A stretch of 64,000 nucleotides of DNA, from NCBI GenBank assembly GCA_964016885.1, contig OZ024741.1, positions 86,490,001-86,554,000 of the forward strand, read 5' to 3'. This document shows, piece after piece, positions 48,960 through 62,899 of the stretch. Below the pieces are notes generated by a model, which saw only the letters and a program-made list of their open reading frames with translations, was not told the origin of the DNA and did no database searches. The DNA comes from Eledone cirrhosa. Taxonomy: Eukaryota. Position 1 is the first letter of the stretch; every line of letters begins with the position of its first letter. Both the position numbers and the translations under genes were made by a program.

Positions 48960-51900
48960 CTACCTTTCTTCTCTCCTTACCAGCCCCAACAAAGCCTTCC
49001 ATTATTACCACTACTGTCCTTCTAGCCCTGAATTCTCTTACCGTTATGTATGGATGAACTGAGGATAAATGGAGCAACCCCGAATTGATAAATAAATGAA
49101 CATGAATCCGCAAGTTACCAAGCACCCATGCAAAGCTTTAATTCAGAGACAGGAAGCATACACACACCCCTGCAAAAATTTACCTTTTTCCACGAATGTT
49201 GGCAAATGCCCAAAACTCTGAGTTGGAACCATCAATGTAAGCACAATGAAAGGAAGAGCAGGAGAAATCGTAGAGATGCTAGAGCGAAAGGAAATTGATG
49301 TATGCTGTGTGCAAGAGACTAGATGGAGAGGAGAGTCTGCTAGAGTCCTTGTAGGCAAAAGTCAGTGCTACAAATTTTTCTGGGTTGGAAATGACAATGG
49401 GATGGGTGGTGTAGGTATCCTACTAGCTGACAAATGGGTAGATAAGGTAATCTCAGTGAACAGGATGAATGCAAGAATCATTAAACTCAGACTAGTCCTG
49501 AATAAAACAATGACCACAATAATATCAGCTTACGCACCCCAATCTGGGTTGCCAGACGAACTTAAGGTTAGGTTTTACGAGTCCCTAATGCACACTACTG
49601 CTCTAACAAATGACAATGACTTCCTAATCATTGCAGGAGATTTTAACGGACACGTAGGTAAACACCATGATGGCTTCTATAGAGTCCATGGAGGCCATGG
49701 GTTTGGCACAAGAAATGAAGAAGGCTTCAGGCTTCTAGAATTCTGCGACGCTAATGACATGTCGATATGTAACACAAACTTCAACAAACCCGACAACCAC
49801 CTGATCACCTGATCAGGGTAGCATTCTAGTCAGATAGATTTTATCCTCATCAGAGGACGTGACAGATGGACGGTCGTAAACACAAAAGCCTTCCCAGGTG
49901 AGGAATGTACCTCCCAACATAACTTAGTTGTCAGTGACCTCATTGTCAAAACTAGACGAACTTGGAAACAGAGGCCAACCTGGAGAAGAAAGATCTGGGA
50001 GCTGAAAGAACCCTCAGCCAGTAACAGATTTAAAGATATTTTACTCGATGCCTACGACAGTAAAGAAGAACAGATAAAGACATTCAATGTAGATCACTGG
50101 GAGTTCCTAAAAAATAACTTACTAAAGGCGACGGATGAGATCTGTGGTTGGAGTAAGACCACAGGCTTAGGAGAGTGACTTGGTGGTGGAACAATAAGGT
50201 AGATGAGGCAGTTAAGGCTAAGAGACAGGCATGGAAAGAATGGAAGAACGGGGGAAGAAGGGTACGTTACAGAGAGACCAGAAGGGAAGCTAGGCGACAA
50301 GTATACTTTGCTAGAAGAGAAGCGGAGGATAGAAAATTCAAGCATGTCTTGCAACGTGAGGACCAGAAACAGGAGGTGTTCAAGATTGCAAGGCAGTGTG
50401 TCAGAGAGAATTGTGATGTCATTGGAGAGAAGTGTATCCGGAATGATAAAGGTGAGCTTGCCCTCACAAGTGCTGAGAAGAAAGATGTATGGAAGAGCCA
50501 TTATGAAAGATTACTAAATGAGGAGAATGCATGGGAAAAAGAAACCCTACCCCAAGTAGACCCTATAGAGGGGCTAGCAGTACAAGTCAACAGCAGCATA
50601 GTAACTAAGGCAATCAAAGATATGAAGACGGAGCAGGCATCCAGTCCATTGGGTATAGCTGCCGAGATGCTGAAGGCATCTGGGTTGGTAGGTCACACCA
50701 TAACCACATGTACTGTTAACCAGGTAATACTAGAAGGTGTCATACCAAAGGATTGGTGCAGCAGCATCATTGTCAACTGCTACAAGGGTAAAGATGATGC
50801 ACTAGAAAGAGGAAACTATAGAGGTATAAAGCTGATGGACCAGGTCATGAAAGTAACAGAAAGAGTTATAGCACAGTTGATTAGGGACCGGGTGAAAATA
50901 GATGAAATGCAATTTGGGTTTGTGCCAGGAAAAGGCACCACTGATGCCATCTTCCTTGTGAGGCAGTTACACGAAAAGTACCTAGCTAAAAGTAAGCCGC
51001 TCTACCTGGCATTCGTCAATCTGGAGAAAGCCTTTGACAGAGTTCCCCATGCTATAATCTGGTGGGCTCTTAGAAAACTAAGAGTAGATGAATAGCTTGG
51101 GAAAGCTGTACAAGCCATGTATAGGGGAGCAGTCAGCAAAGTTAGGATTAGCAATGACTATAGCGAGGAATTTAGCATACAGGTCGGTGTCCACCAGGGC
51201 TCTGTTCTTAGCCCTCTCCTGTTCATCATAGTTTTGCAGGCAATAACGGAGGAGTTTAAGACCGGATGCCCATGGGAACTCCTGTATGCAGATGATCTCG
51301 CACTTATAGCTGAATCTATGGTAGAACTAGAGAAGAAATTCCAAACATGGAAGCAGGGACTAGAAAGAAGGGGTCTCAAAGTCAACCTGACAAAGACTAA
51401 GGTCCTTGTAAGTAGACGAGAAAACAGAACCCAGATCCCCTCAGGGAAATGGCCTTGCTCAGTATGTAGGAAAGGTGTAGGTAGGAACTCCATTCTCTTC
51501 CCCAAATGCAAACAATGGGTACACAAGAGATGTAGTGGGATCTCAGGAAGCTTAATTAAGAATGTAGGCTTCACATGCAGCAGCTGCGCTGGGACAGCAA
51601 GCAGCAAACAGCCACAGGAAACAAGCACCACCAAACTCTGGGAGGGCTCTGTAGAAACAGTAGACAGCTTCTGCTACCTAAGTGACCGTATTAGCAGCGG
51701 AGGTGGGTGTTCGGAAAGTACAATAACTAGGGTATGAACGGAATGGAAGGAGTTCAGGGAGCTACTGCCACTGCTAGCTGCAAAAGGCTTTTCCCTCAAA
51801 ATGAAGGGCAGACTGTATGATGCGTGTATACGAACAGCAATGTTAGATACTAGTGAGACCTGGGCGCTGTCTGTGGAAGAAACGAAACCTGCATACTCCG

Positions 51901-52497
51901 ATGGATGTGTAATAGTAATATACGCGAACAGCAAAGCATAAACGAATTGAGAGAGAGACTGAGCATAAGAGGAATCAAATGCTGTGTGCAGGAGAGGAGG
52001 TTACGTTGGTATGGACATGTGATGCGTATGAAGGATGACAGCTGCATAAAAAGGTGCAGAGCACTAGAAGTCGATGGAAGCCGTGGAGTGGGGAGACCCA
52101 AGACCTGGGATGAGGTGATAAAAGCCGACCTTACCCAATTACACCTCTCAAAGGCGATGACACACGACCGTGACCTCTGTTTTCACGCAGTAATACAGAA
52201 GACCCCCCACAGGTACAAGTCGAAGCTAAAGCATATAGATAATATGCTCCCACCCCCTCCTACTGCAAAGTGGTCGTGGAGGTGCCACGGCAAAAAAGCA
52301 TCCAGCCCACACTGTAAATGAGGTTGGTGTTAGGAAGGGCACCCAGCTGTAGAAATCAAGTCAGAATCAGTTTCCGTATGAGCAAGACATGGTCAGCCGA
52401 CTGGCTACTGCCCACAACAGGACAACCCGTCTAACCCATGCTAGCATGGAAGAACGGACGTAAAACGGTGATGATGATGATGATGATGATGATGATG
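48960..52497 (+). mobile_element. Full-length RTE LINE, subfamily 1, several disabling mutations
   Basis: ORFs 49246-49812 (APE), 50175-51095, 51117-51737 (YADD) and 51905-52321; (GAT)n tail. Confidence 0.95.
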
Positions 52498-52947
52498 TAG
52501 AAAGAGCAACAACAACAAAAAAAAGAAAAACAAAACAATAACACAAATACAAATTTGTTAATTTTTTTAAAAATGTGATACAAAATTTTGCAACATTCAT
52601 TTTTAATTATATGGCAATTTCTTGATCATAACTTGTATTTTTTTATTTGTAAGGAAATACTGAGAGATGCTACAAGGAGAAATGTGTTCTGAAATGGTAA
52701 GACCTGACATTTAGCTGACTGCATTTTTATAGCTCTCAGTATAAGCCTGTTTTGTAATACCTCACAACTTAGTCTATGATACATAGTATATCGTCAATAA
52801 TGAAGCAAAATAAATTACTCTCTGTTCATTAAATACTAACTTTAGTTGTAACAAAATAAGTATTGTTACAATTTTATCACCTTCCTCTATTTTCATTTCT
52901 TTGTGAATAAATGGCACAAAGAAAATAGCAAGGGCTATTAGAGCACA

Positions 52948-53193
52948 TCACATAACAACACAACTCTTCACTACATCCTTTCGTAGCTGTGACTTTGTAT
53001 CATTTAATCCACTAAATCTCTTCCGTCGCATGAAAGATCTCTGTCTTTTGAAGTTAGGCGTTTCAGCAGAATTTTTGTTTCCAGCAGAAGACAATGCTGC
53101 AATCTCTATTACATCACCAACACTCCTTTGAGAAGATTTAGATGTTGTTTCAGAGTACACAAGAGCACCGATATGTTTTCCTGCTTTTAATCC
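52948..53193 (-). CDS. RND: Rnd/RhoE-like Rho GTPase, terminal exon
   Basis: ttttgtAG acceptor, phase 0. GLKAGKHIGALVYSETTSKSSQRSVGDVIEIAAL...LRKDVVKSCVVM*; the CAAX end resembles Rnd3 LRKDKAKSCTVM. Confidence 0.9.
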   Translation of the reverse strand, partial: GLKAGKHIGALVYSETTSKSSQRSVGDVIEIAALSSAGNKNSAETPNFKRQRSFMRRKRFSGLNDTKSQLRKDVVKSCVVM

Positions 53194-53297
53194 CTACAAA
53201 AAAAAAAAAAAAATAAAAGAGAAAAAAAAAAAGGCATATATATTAGAGTAGGTGTTTGAAATACCTTTGTACTTAAAACATTAAAATGAACACTTAA

Positions 53298-53485
53298 CCC
53301 ATTAGCATTTAAACTGGCTGTATCTGGCCAGAACTCTCACCTCTTTCTGTTCAAACCAGCTGAACAGGTCACTCATACTTATGTTAAGGTATTGTTCTCA
53401 AAATAAATAATATCAAAATCTCAGAGATTCGATATTTACCGTGAAAATATAACAGTAAATATAGAGTAATGTAAATGCTAAAAGG
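53298..53485. mobile_element. piggyBac-type MITE copy
   Basis: TTAA-flanked, same family as 5215-5412. Confidence 0.75.
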
Positions 53486-54534
53486 TTAATATATGTAAGC
53501 AAAGTGAAATTTTCATTTTCTGAAGAGAAAGGTGGCAGCTACAGAAACGATGATAAGTGTAAAACTTGAAACTGTTAAATTTATTTTAAATAGTAAAAAT
53601 ATATAATACAACTTTAAGTATTTTTCTTAAATACAAAAGAAAATATATCTTGACACACAAATCACTTTGGTAGAATGTATAGAACAAAGAGACTTTAGAT
53701 GTTTTTGAGTTATTGCTATAAGTTTGTAACATAGATCTACACTATCAATATCTTTGTTTCCAATATGCATCAATGGTATTTCCAAATTTACACAGACAAA
53801 GAGTTATAGGCAATGCCCCTCCCTTATCAGATTAAGTGGAACAAAAAACATTTTTGCTAAATATATAATTGCCACAATAATTTCCTAACTCACTGGTTAG
53901 CTAGTAATTAGAAAGAGCATCCAACTGTAAAATTCATATGCTCTGATAATATGTATATATATATATAACTGTACAAAATTAATATAACAATTCCTCTAAA
54001 AAAACCCACAACATTTATCATATAAATGGATATTAGAGGTACTGTAGCATAGCTTAGGATAAAATTATAACGTTAATTGGAATATATATATACATGTAAG
54101 ATAAAAGACATAATTAACAAGAGATGAACTTGTGCATGATATGTTGTTCGCTATGCAATGTTGCATGATAGTGAGACATGGGCAGTGACTGCAGAGGATA
54201 TACGATGGTTGGAGAAAAACGAATTGAGCTTACTCTATTGAATGTGTAGTGTTAGTGTGCACGAATGACAAATCTTTGATGAGTTGAGAGTAAAACTGAG
54301 AAATCAGATGTAGTATGCAAGAAAGAAAATTGCACTGGCATAAATACATGATGCATACGGATGATGATCATTGGGTGAAGAAATTACAGGAATTACCAGT
54401 GTTCATGATTACGTAATGCTGATACGTCCGAAACGTTAAGACCCTCTTCCTGCTATATCAAGCGTTAACCTAATATATCCCTTCCATACTGTCCCGATTG
54501 TGTTGTTATTTCTGTTTACCTTTTATATATACAT

Positions 54535-54948
54535 ATAGTGGTTAGAGCATTGGGCTGGCAATCGAAAGGTTATGAGTTCAATTCTCGGATCGGGTGATGT
54601 GTTGTTTCCTTGAGCAAGACACTTTATTTCACATTGCTCCAGTTTACTCAGCTGTAGAAATGAGATGATAAGACTGGGGTCCCTATCATTCCACTGCAAA
54701 GTGGTTGTGGAGGTGCCACGGCAAAAAAGCACCCAGCCCACACTGTAAAGTGGACGTGTAGGCGCCATGGAAAAAAAGCACCCAGCAATCACTGTAAATG
54801 AGGTTGGTGTTAGGAAGGGCATCCAGCAATAGAAATCAAGCCAGAAACAGTCCCCGTATGAGCAAGACAAGGTCAGCCGACTGGACACTGCCCACAACAA
54901 GACAACCCGTCTAACCCATGCTAGCATGGAAGAACGGATGTAAAACGG

Positions 54949-54980
<32 letters not shown>
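54535..54980 (+). mobile_element. tRNA-headed SINE with RTE subfamily-1 tail
   Basis: A-box tagtggttagagc, B-box-like gagttcaattc, core ttccttgagcaagacac; tail matches the RTE subfamily-1 3' UTR. Confidence 0.85.
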
Positions 54981-56008
54981 TATACACACACACACATATA
55001 TATGCATATTATACAAGAGGCCACATAGGGAATTCCATTATTGTAGCTGTTGGAATCTATCTTCAACAGATTGAATGACCATGTCTAAGACTGCAGTAGA
55101 ATCAAATTTGAATTTCTGCTTTGGATTTTGTGATGCCTCTTCTTGGGCCCCATACTTAAACTAAGTTTTCTTTCTAATATGTTCTGCCTTAAAGTTTGAT
55201 AGTATCTCTAGTTCTGTTTACAATCTCAGCTGCATCAGTCAAAACTTGTTGTAAACCTTCATCACAAGGTAATTCTTTGTCACTTGTCAACAGTGAGAGT
55301 AGCTCTTTAAACTGTTTCCATCCTATCCTTATTCTAACCTTTGGCATGGAGGAACCCAAATCGAAACAGATAAGCTGATTTTCTCTCATCTTCTCTGTTT
55401 TTCTAAATTAACTATCTACCTAAATCTCATTTTTAACCTTTCCACTTGTTTATATATGATTTTATTACAATGTTAACAGTCACTTTTTGCCCTAGTGTTT
55501 CTGCACCACTCCCACTCAACTCCCTATCTACCACCTACTGGCTCGCTGTTTGGCAGCTATGGCCTTGCACCCCCCCCCCCCCCTTCCCGCCAGTTGCTCT
55601 TCACATTGTCACACTTACTTTCCTACATCACTAATGCCAATTCACTTTAAAAAAAAAGTAAAATTATGATTTGTAAGCTACGATAGGAGAAACCCAAAAT
55701 TACAAATGATCTCCCGGAGCAGACATGTACCCAACACTTGAAATAAAGGTAGCCTGTCTAGGAGGGCAGTGACTCTAACTAAAAACAAGATCGACTCCCA
55801 CTGCATTGTCTTAAATTTTTTCAAAAGGCTTGAATCAGCCAAGGCTTTGGGATATCTCATTTTTGCATGCTTTTCATCACCTGAACACCCCTAAAGAGAA
55901 TTTTGGTCTTGAAATTTGTGGGTGAGCCTGTAATTCTAGAAAATTGATACCAAGAATGAAGTGTCGGAATTACTGAGATAATTGATTGAAAAAAAGTTTT
56001 ACACTTAC

Positions 56009-56143
56009 TTGATCATAAGAAACCATTATTTGCTTTTTCTTTGCTAGGGTTGATATACACTGCAGGTCTGATCTTAAATCTGTTTTACATCCAACTAGCA
56101 TAATGGGCTGATTTGGACAATGTTCTCGAACTTCAGGATACCA
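56009..56143 (-). CDS. RND: Rnd/RhoE-like GTPase, penultimate exon (G4 motif and Rho insert)
   Basis: cttctAG...GTAAGT, 135 nt, phase 0-0. WYPEVREHCPNQPIMLVGCKTDLRSDLQCISTLAKKKQIMVSYDQ. Confidence 0.93.
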
Positions 56144-56474
56144 CTAGAAGAATATAGAAATTAACTTTTCTGTTTATTTTTAATTATTTTAGAATATCAT
56201 AATATAACAGGTGAAGGGGAAAAAATAATCAAAACAAATATCTGGTCAGCAAATTAAGTTAACCGAACATAGTACACAGTGTTTTAAGGCTATTACCCTT
56301 CCACTCTGTACTAAAAAAAAAGGGGGTTAACCATGCAAGTCCCATAACACTAAGCAACCTGACACGTGGGGGGAGGGGGGTTAAACCCCTAGAGAAATTG
56401 TCATGTCACACTCAGTGATAGTTGTACTGGCGTCAAGTGGTGTGGCTGTGGTTGTGTATAACTATCATCAAGGT

Positions 56475-56511
<37 letters not shown>

Positions 56512-56857
56512 GGAGAGAGAGAGAGAGAGACAAAGTTGAGACAGAGAGAGCAGGGGTGAGGGAGGGGGTGAGGGGGAGAGAAGAGAGAGAGAGAATGTTT
56601 GTGGCTATGACTCTGCTGGAAGGAACAAAAACAAGAGAAGTAGGAATGAGGCGTCAAACAATGTAGCTGTGACTGCGTTTGGGTCATTCTATCATCAGGC
56701 TTTGTAGAAAGATAGAGAAAGAAGAAATACTTGTATTTGTGTCTCTGCTGGAAGGAAGGCATAGCATATTTTTTTTATTTTCTAGAAAGTTTGAAGTAAA
56801 AAAAAACAAAAGTTTCTTTTCAATGTTGACACAAACTGATACTAAAGCACAAATAAA

Positions 56858-57050
56858 CATAATTGTTTCCACGTTAGGCACAAGGCCAGCAATTACCCAG
56901 TGCATTACTGGTACTTTATTTTATCGACCCCATAAGGATGAAAGGCAAAGTCAACCTCGGCGGGATTTGAACTCAGATCGTAAAGGGACGTAACTATGCT
57001 GGAAAGCATGGCGTCCGACCCTCTACCGATACTGCCATTCCACCGTCCTT
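56858..57050 (-). mobile_element. Second tRNA-derived SINE family
   Basis: Minus strand ggtggaatggcag...gagttcaaatcccgccgaggttgactttgcctttcatcc; related copies at ~10440-10680, 6240-6390, 9570-9740 and 22160-22320. Confidence 0.7.
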
Positions 57051-57536
57051 AAGCACAAATAAACATAATGTTCAATAACTAGATTTAACAACAGCTGCAA
57101 GAAATGTGTATATAAACATTTACTTCAACTTTACCATGCTCGCATGGGTTGGATGGGACTTTTTGAGGCAATGCCGAATGCCCTTCTTCACACCAACCCT
57201 TTTAGTTGCTTATGTCACACAGGAATATGATGTACCTATTCTTAAACCAGATACATACATATTTATATATCTAAATGTCTTATTTAGATATTTCTCTGTA
57301 AATAAAAAATTATGGACAGTTTGACTTGAATTTCAGTTCTTGTTGGAATCACCATTAGAAACTATCTACATCTCTTACAATCCACAGAGAAATATGTAAC
57401 TAAAAAGGCTTTATAAGTCCATCAAATATGACAATATTGGCAAACTGGATGTGTCAACTTGCATATTATTAGTGCTTATGGTGGTAACAAATTAATTATA
57501 TATTAAATTGTGTGCACCAAACACCTGAAATCATTA

Positions 57537-57562
57537 TCTATAAAAGGCAGTGTGTGTGTGTG

Positions 57563-57621
<59 letters not shown>

Positions 57622-57924
57622 TCCATGTTTCTACATTTGCACAATTTCAAACCGATTCGACTCAAAGTCTGTATGAATGTTGTAAATGGTCTAACTTAGG
57701 TCAACGACTATTTATTTTTTTCAACCCACCCACAATTACGGAAATAATCGATAAAACTAAATACATGACGCTTTACCCCTCTAATACAATCTGATTTCCT
57801 CTCTCTACTCCCCTTAAAATTTGATAAAACTACATACATGCTGCAACTTTCTCTTATATACGCTTAAACCACTCCTTACAAACTTCCTTTAGGAACTCGG
57901 AAGAAAGAAGAGAGAAAGAAATGA

Positions 57925-58023
<99 letters not shown>

Positions 58024-58681
58024 GAGAGAGAAGAGAGAGAAGAGAGAGAAAGGGGGAGAATAGAGAGAGAGAGAGAGAGAAGAGAGTGAGAGAGAGAAGA
58101 GATTGAGAGAGAGAAAAGAGGAGAGAGAACGTTTATTTTTGAGTGTGTAATGGTCAAACATTTATTTACTTCAATGACAACAATTATTCAAAAGCAACAG
58201 ATGAATTTATTCAACAACAAAAAAAAATAGTGATAAATCTTTTTTAAAACATCTCTCAACGAAGTATCAGTTTATTTACTATACACAATAATATCCTCTA
58301 TGAGGTCACTAAACCTGCTAGAAACAGCAGCTAACTCTCCCCCATATCACACCCCTCCCTACTGTCTTAAATTTAGAAAACACACATTAGACAACTATGC
58401 AGAACAACTCCATCGCAGCTCTGTTGTTTGGCTGGCATCGTCTACACACGTGTTGCGCAAGTACTGTGAAACAATAAATTTCAACACTTCTTTGCACAGA
58501 GATAATATCCATAGGTGAAACTACAATTGTCACTGCTGGCGCAGTTCCTGCTTCAGCAGTCCAGGTCTGCAATTCATTCACCCAGTGCCTGGCAGACAAA
58601 AAAAGTGCTGCCATAAAATGGGTGGTGCAACCTAACTTTGGTAACTTACTGACCCCGAGCAACGCTGGGCTTTAATGCTAG
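57537..58681 (+). mobile_element. Non-autonomous Helitron carrying (GT)n and (GA)n tracts
   Basis: A|TCTATAAAAG start; ccccgagcaacgctggg hairpin then CTAG|T end. Confidence 0.75.
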
Positions 58682-59800
58682 TATACTATAAAATGATATC
58701 AGGACAGAAGTGTAAAAATTTAACTAAAAATTTTAGAAATGTGTATGTAAACACACACTTTCAAATCAAGTTTGTTTCATCATCATGATCATTTAACAAT
58801 CATTTTCCATACTTGCATGGGTTAGACAAAGTGTGACATCATGAGGCCAAACAGGTCAGGTGACCACGTCTTACTTATATGCTCCATTTTTTTGCTTGGG
58901 TTCCTATGATAGATGCTCTTCCTAATGCCAATCACCTTACTGTGTGTTCTGGGAGCTATTTCTGTGGCACCAGCACTACCACCTTACAGAGTGGTCCAAG
59001 TGCTTTTTGTTGTGACACCAGCATTACACTTGCTCTAGGTACATTAAAAAAAAAAATGTTAAACTGATGATGGTCAGAGATGAAACTGGTCAAAATGTTG
59101 ATGTAAATATTTTCAAATGTTGTTGGTGTTAGGAAGGGCATCCAGCTGTAAAATATCTGGCCAAATTTACAGTCCTTACCGGAGCAAGGTGCGACAGGAC
59201 CAACACTGGTCAGACTTGCCTCCCGGCATGGACGACCCGTCTAACCCATGCAAGCATGGAAAAATGGACATTAAACGGTGATGATGATATATTGAGAGAG
59301 AAAATAATTATGGCAACAGATGGGCTTTTACAACTAGCAACTCAGATATCAGCATGCAGAACAACAACCAGCTTAATGGTGATATGACTTTAATTTTATT
59401 TATAGTGACCAGGTCAGTGGTGGATTCAGAAAGTTATGTATAACAGCCGTAGAGACAGATGACTTTTCAAAGCAAACAATTTTCATGAACAGAATATTTA
59501 TTTAAGGCACAGATGGAATGTAATTTAATATATATTTGTAGCTACATTTAAATGGATTATACATAAATTCCCTACCATATACCATTGGACATACACGCAC
59601 ACACACATTTTACAGATTGCTGTATTCATTTATGTAATCAATAGCATTCCATCGTGTTTGTTTTTTGTTGTCAAGGTTGAAGATCATATATATAACAATT
59701 TTATTCCTACCAATTAAGTTTGTAACAACTAAAGTTATACCTGGTGGAATGATGATGGAAATAGAATATGACTTCAACATAAGAGGGTTTTCAGACTCAC

Positions 59801-59910
59801 CTTTGACATAACATGCTCCAGCGAATCTGGATCTGCTACTGAAAAGCATATAATTACTAGATCTGCCTCAGCATATGACAATGGCCGTACCCGATCATAT
59901 CCTGCATCAC
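59801..59910 (-). CDS. RND: Rnd/RhoE-like GTPase exon (switch II)
   Basis: attgtAG...GTGAGT, phase 1 to 0. (G)DAGYDRVRPLSYAEADLVIICFSVADPDSLEHVMSK. No upstream exons were found inside the window. Confidence 0.93.
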
Positions 59911-60409
59911 CTACAATATGAAAGAGAATTATCAGATTTCAAAATCATATATGTATATGTGCATAGACAAAGTATCAACTGCATTACAATACTCTCAAAA
60001 TTTAGACATTTGCATTACTCGGAAAAACGTTATGCAAACATTAAAACCTTATTAGATATTACAAGAAAAATAAACTATAAACGTTAAAAGAAATTTTGAT
60101 AATCCCTCCATATGAACATCACCATGATCATGATGATGGTCATTAATGTCACTTTTATGTCTACCTCTCCATGCTGGCATGGGTTAGACAGGAGTTTCAT
60201 TTTAGTTGCTGCGATGTATTAAAATGAAACCCAAGTCTGGTGAGTTGGTAAAGAGAGAGTTATATGAGTAAAGATCTTTAAACTATATTCCATGTGGTAT
60301 ATTTGAAATCATTCAGTAACACTACAGAAGCCTTTATCATTCAAAAAACATTTTATTGGACATTATTGACAGTTTTCATTGCATAAAAGCATTTTATGTA
60401 CATATCTCT

Positions 60410-60767
60410 GGAGGCACATGGCTTAGTGGTTAGAGCATTGACCTTGCAATCGAAAGGTTGTGAGTTCAATTCTCAGACCGGGTGATGTGTTGTTTCCTTG
60501 AGCAAGACACTTTATTTCACATTGCTCCAGTTTACTCAGCTGTAGAAATGAGATGATGCAAAGTGGTTGTGGAGGCGTCACAGCAAAAAAGCACTCAGCC
60601 CACACTATAAAAGTGCATGTGTAGGCGCCATGGAAAAAAAGCACCCAGCACTCACTGTAAAATGAGGTTGGTATTAGGAGGGGCATCCAGCTGTAGAAAT
60701 CAAGCCAGAATCAGTTCCTGTCCCACCCTTGCAAGCAGGGAAAAGAGGACATAAAAATGATGATGAT
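60410..60767 (+). mobile_element. tRNA-headed SINE with RTE subfamily-2-like tail
   Basis: ggaggcacatggcttagtggttagagc...gagttcaattc head; ends cccacccttgcaagcagggaaaag...(ATG)n. Confidence 0.85.
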
Positions 60768-60855
60768 CTCTATATACACGTTAGGTCAATATCTATATAT
60801 ATATATATATACTCTAGTTCTGTATCTATATCTATATACTATATATATATATATA

Positions 60856-62152
60856 TAGAGAAGAAATTCCAAACATGGAAGCATGGCCTAGAATCAAAAG
60901 GCCTTAAAATTAACCTGTCTAAGACTAAAGTTCTAGTTTGTAGGAAGGAAAATAGGGCGCCGGTCCCATCCGGGAAATGGCCATGCTCAGTGTGTAGGAA
61001 AGGAGTAGGTAGAAACTCCATTTTATGTCCCAAATGCAAAGTATGGGTGCATAAAAAATGTAGTGGGATCACAGGTAAGCTAACTAAGAACATAGATTTT
61101 ATATGTGGCCGGTGCTCTGGTGCAATAAGTAGCAGCAAGTGCCCACAGAATACTAGCTCATTCCATTGCACAGATGGTTCTATAGAAATAGTGGACAGCT
61201 TCCGTTACCTGGGTGACAAAATCAGCAGTGGGGGAGGGTGCTCTGAAAGTACAGTAGCTAGAGTCAGAACTGGATGGAAAAAGTTCAGAGAGCTTATACC
61301 ACTATTAGCCGTTAAAGGGTTCTCCCTAAAAATGAAAGGCAGGCTGTATGATGCCTGCATACGAACAGCAATGTTGCATGGCAGTGAGACCTGGGCATTG
61401 TGTGTAGAGGATATACGCAGACTGGAGAGGAACGAAGCTTGCATGTTCCGCTGGATGTGTAATAGTAATATACGTGAACGGCAAAGCATAAACGAACTAA
61501 GGGAAAAATTAGAAATAAGAGGGATCAGATGTTGTTTACTCGAGAGAAGGCTACGTTGGTATGGTCACGTGATGCGCATGAAAGACGACAGCTGTATAAA
61601 AAAGTGCAGGGCAATAAAAATAGACGGTAGCCACGGAGTAGGCAGACCCAGAAAAACCTGGGACGACTTGATAAATTCCGACCTCACACACTTACACCTC
61701 TCCAAGACAATGTCACTGGACCGAGAGCTTTGGCGCTACACAGTAATAGAGAAGACCCGCCTTACCTAAGTACCAAGTGAAACCTACTACAGTCAGTAGG
61801 CACCTCTAACAAAATACACCCCCGTCCCACTACCTCCACCCCATCCACACCACCCCTCTCAATTAAAGTTATGTTGGTATCACAACATCCAGCCCGAAAC
61901 AAATGAGGTCGTGTAGGTGTCACAACAAAAAAACACACATTCCACGCTGTAATGTGGCCGTGTAGGTAACACGGTAAAAACCTCCCAGTTCCACACTGTA
62001 AATGTGGTTGGTGTTAGGAAGGGCATCCAGCCGTAGAAAACCTGCCAGACAGTCCTATGCGAGCAAGACAACCACTCTTGCCTCAAGTGGGGAAACTCCC
62101 GTCCAAACCCATGCAAGCGTGGAATATGGACGTTAAACGATGATGATGATGG
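60856..62152 (+). mobile_element. 5'-truncated RTE LINE, third variant
   Basis: Open frame EKKFQTWK...IEKTRLT to 61769, then 3' UTR and (GAT)n tail. Confidence 0.93.
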
Positions 62153-62899
62153 TTAAACAGAACAAGCAATGTCACAAGTTTAACTAATTAACTAATATTA
62201 GAATACCCTAGGCATGGATAACAGAATGAGAACAATCTACCCCCATGGTCTGAATAAAGTGTTTGGTTAAGATTCCAAGAACATTATTGAATACAACAGA
62301 TACCTGAAAAAAGCCCAGAGGGTATAATGGCTAAAATGTTATGGTGACAACATAGATGAGGACACAGGTCAGAAAAATTAATCTCTATATTTCTTCCTAA
62401 CATTGGCACAAGATACTCAAAAGGATGAAAGCAAAGTTGACGTTGGTGAGATTTGAATTCAAAATTTAAAAAGCCATGATTAAATGCTGTAAATCATTTT
62501 GTTTGGTGCTCTAATGATTCGGTCAATCCACTGCCCTCTGTATCAACTCTGTATGTGTTGGTTGCTTGGTCAGATTTCAGATGTTATGCTTTACATCGTA
62601 TATAGAAAGGGGAGAGAGTTAAAGAGGAATAGAGAGAGGACTAACTTCTTGTTACCATATTTCCAATCAAAGACACACTGAGAATTTCCAAAGAACTTTG
62701 AAAATAATTACGAATTTGGGGTAATTTAGTAATATAACTAACTTTTTTTTATTATTAAGCTTATGTTTGTAGCATAAAGTAACAAATATTCTAATGTTAA
62801 ATTTATGATGGAAGGTTTTTAGATAAATATTAATACTTTAAAACAAAGTTTTGTATCATAAAATCAAGGATGGTTTGGGATAAAAAGGGTTGACATTAA

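Noticed and set aside
57876-58161. Ser-Leu and Glu-Arg repeat ORFs
   Set aside because: These are translations of a (GA)n microsatellite.
60410-60485. tRNA gene
   Set aside because: A/B boxes are present, but the sequence continues into a SINE core and RTE tail and is multicopy, so it is a SINE head.
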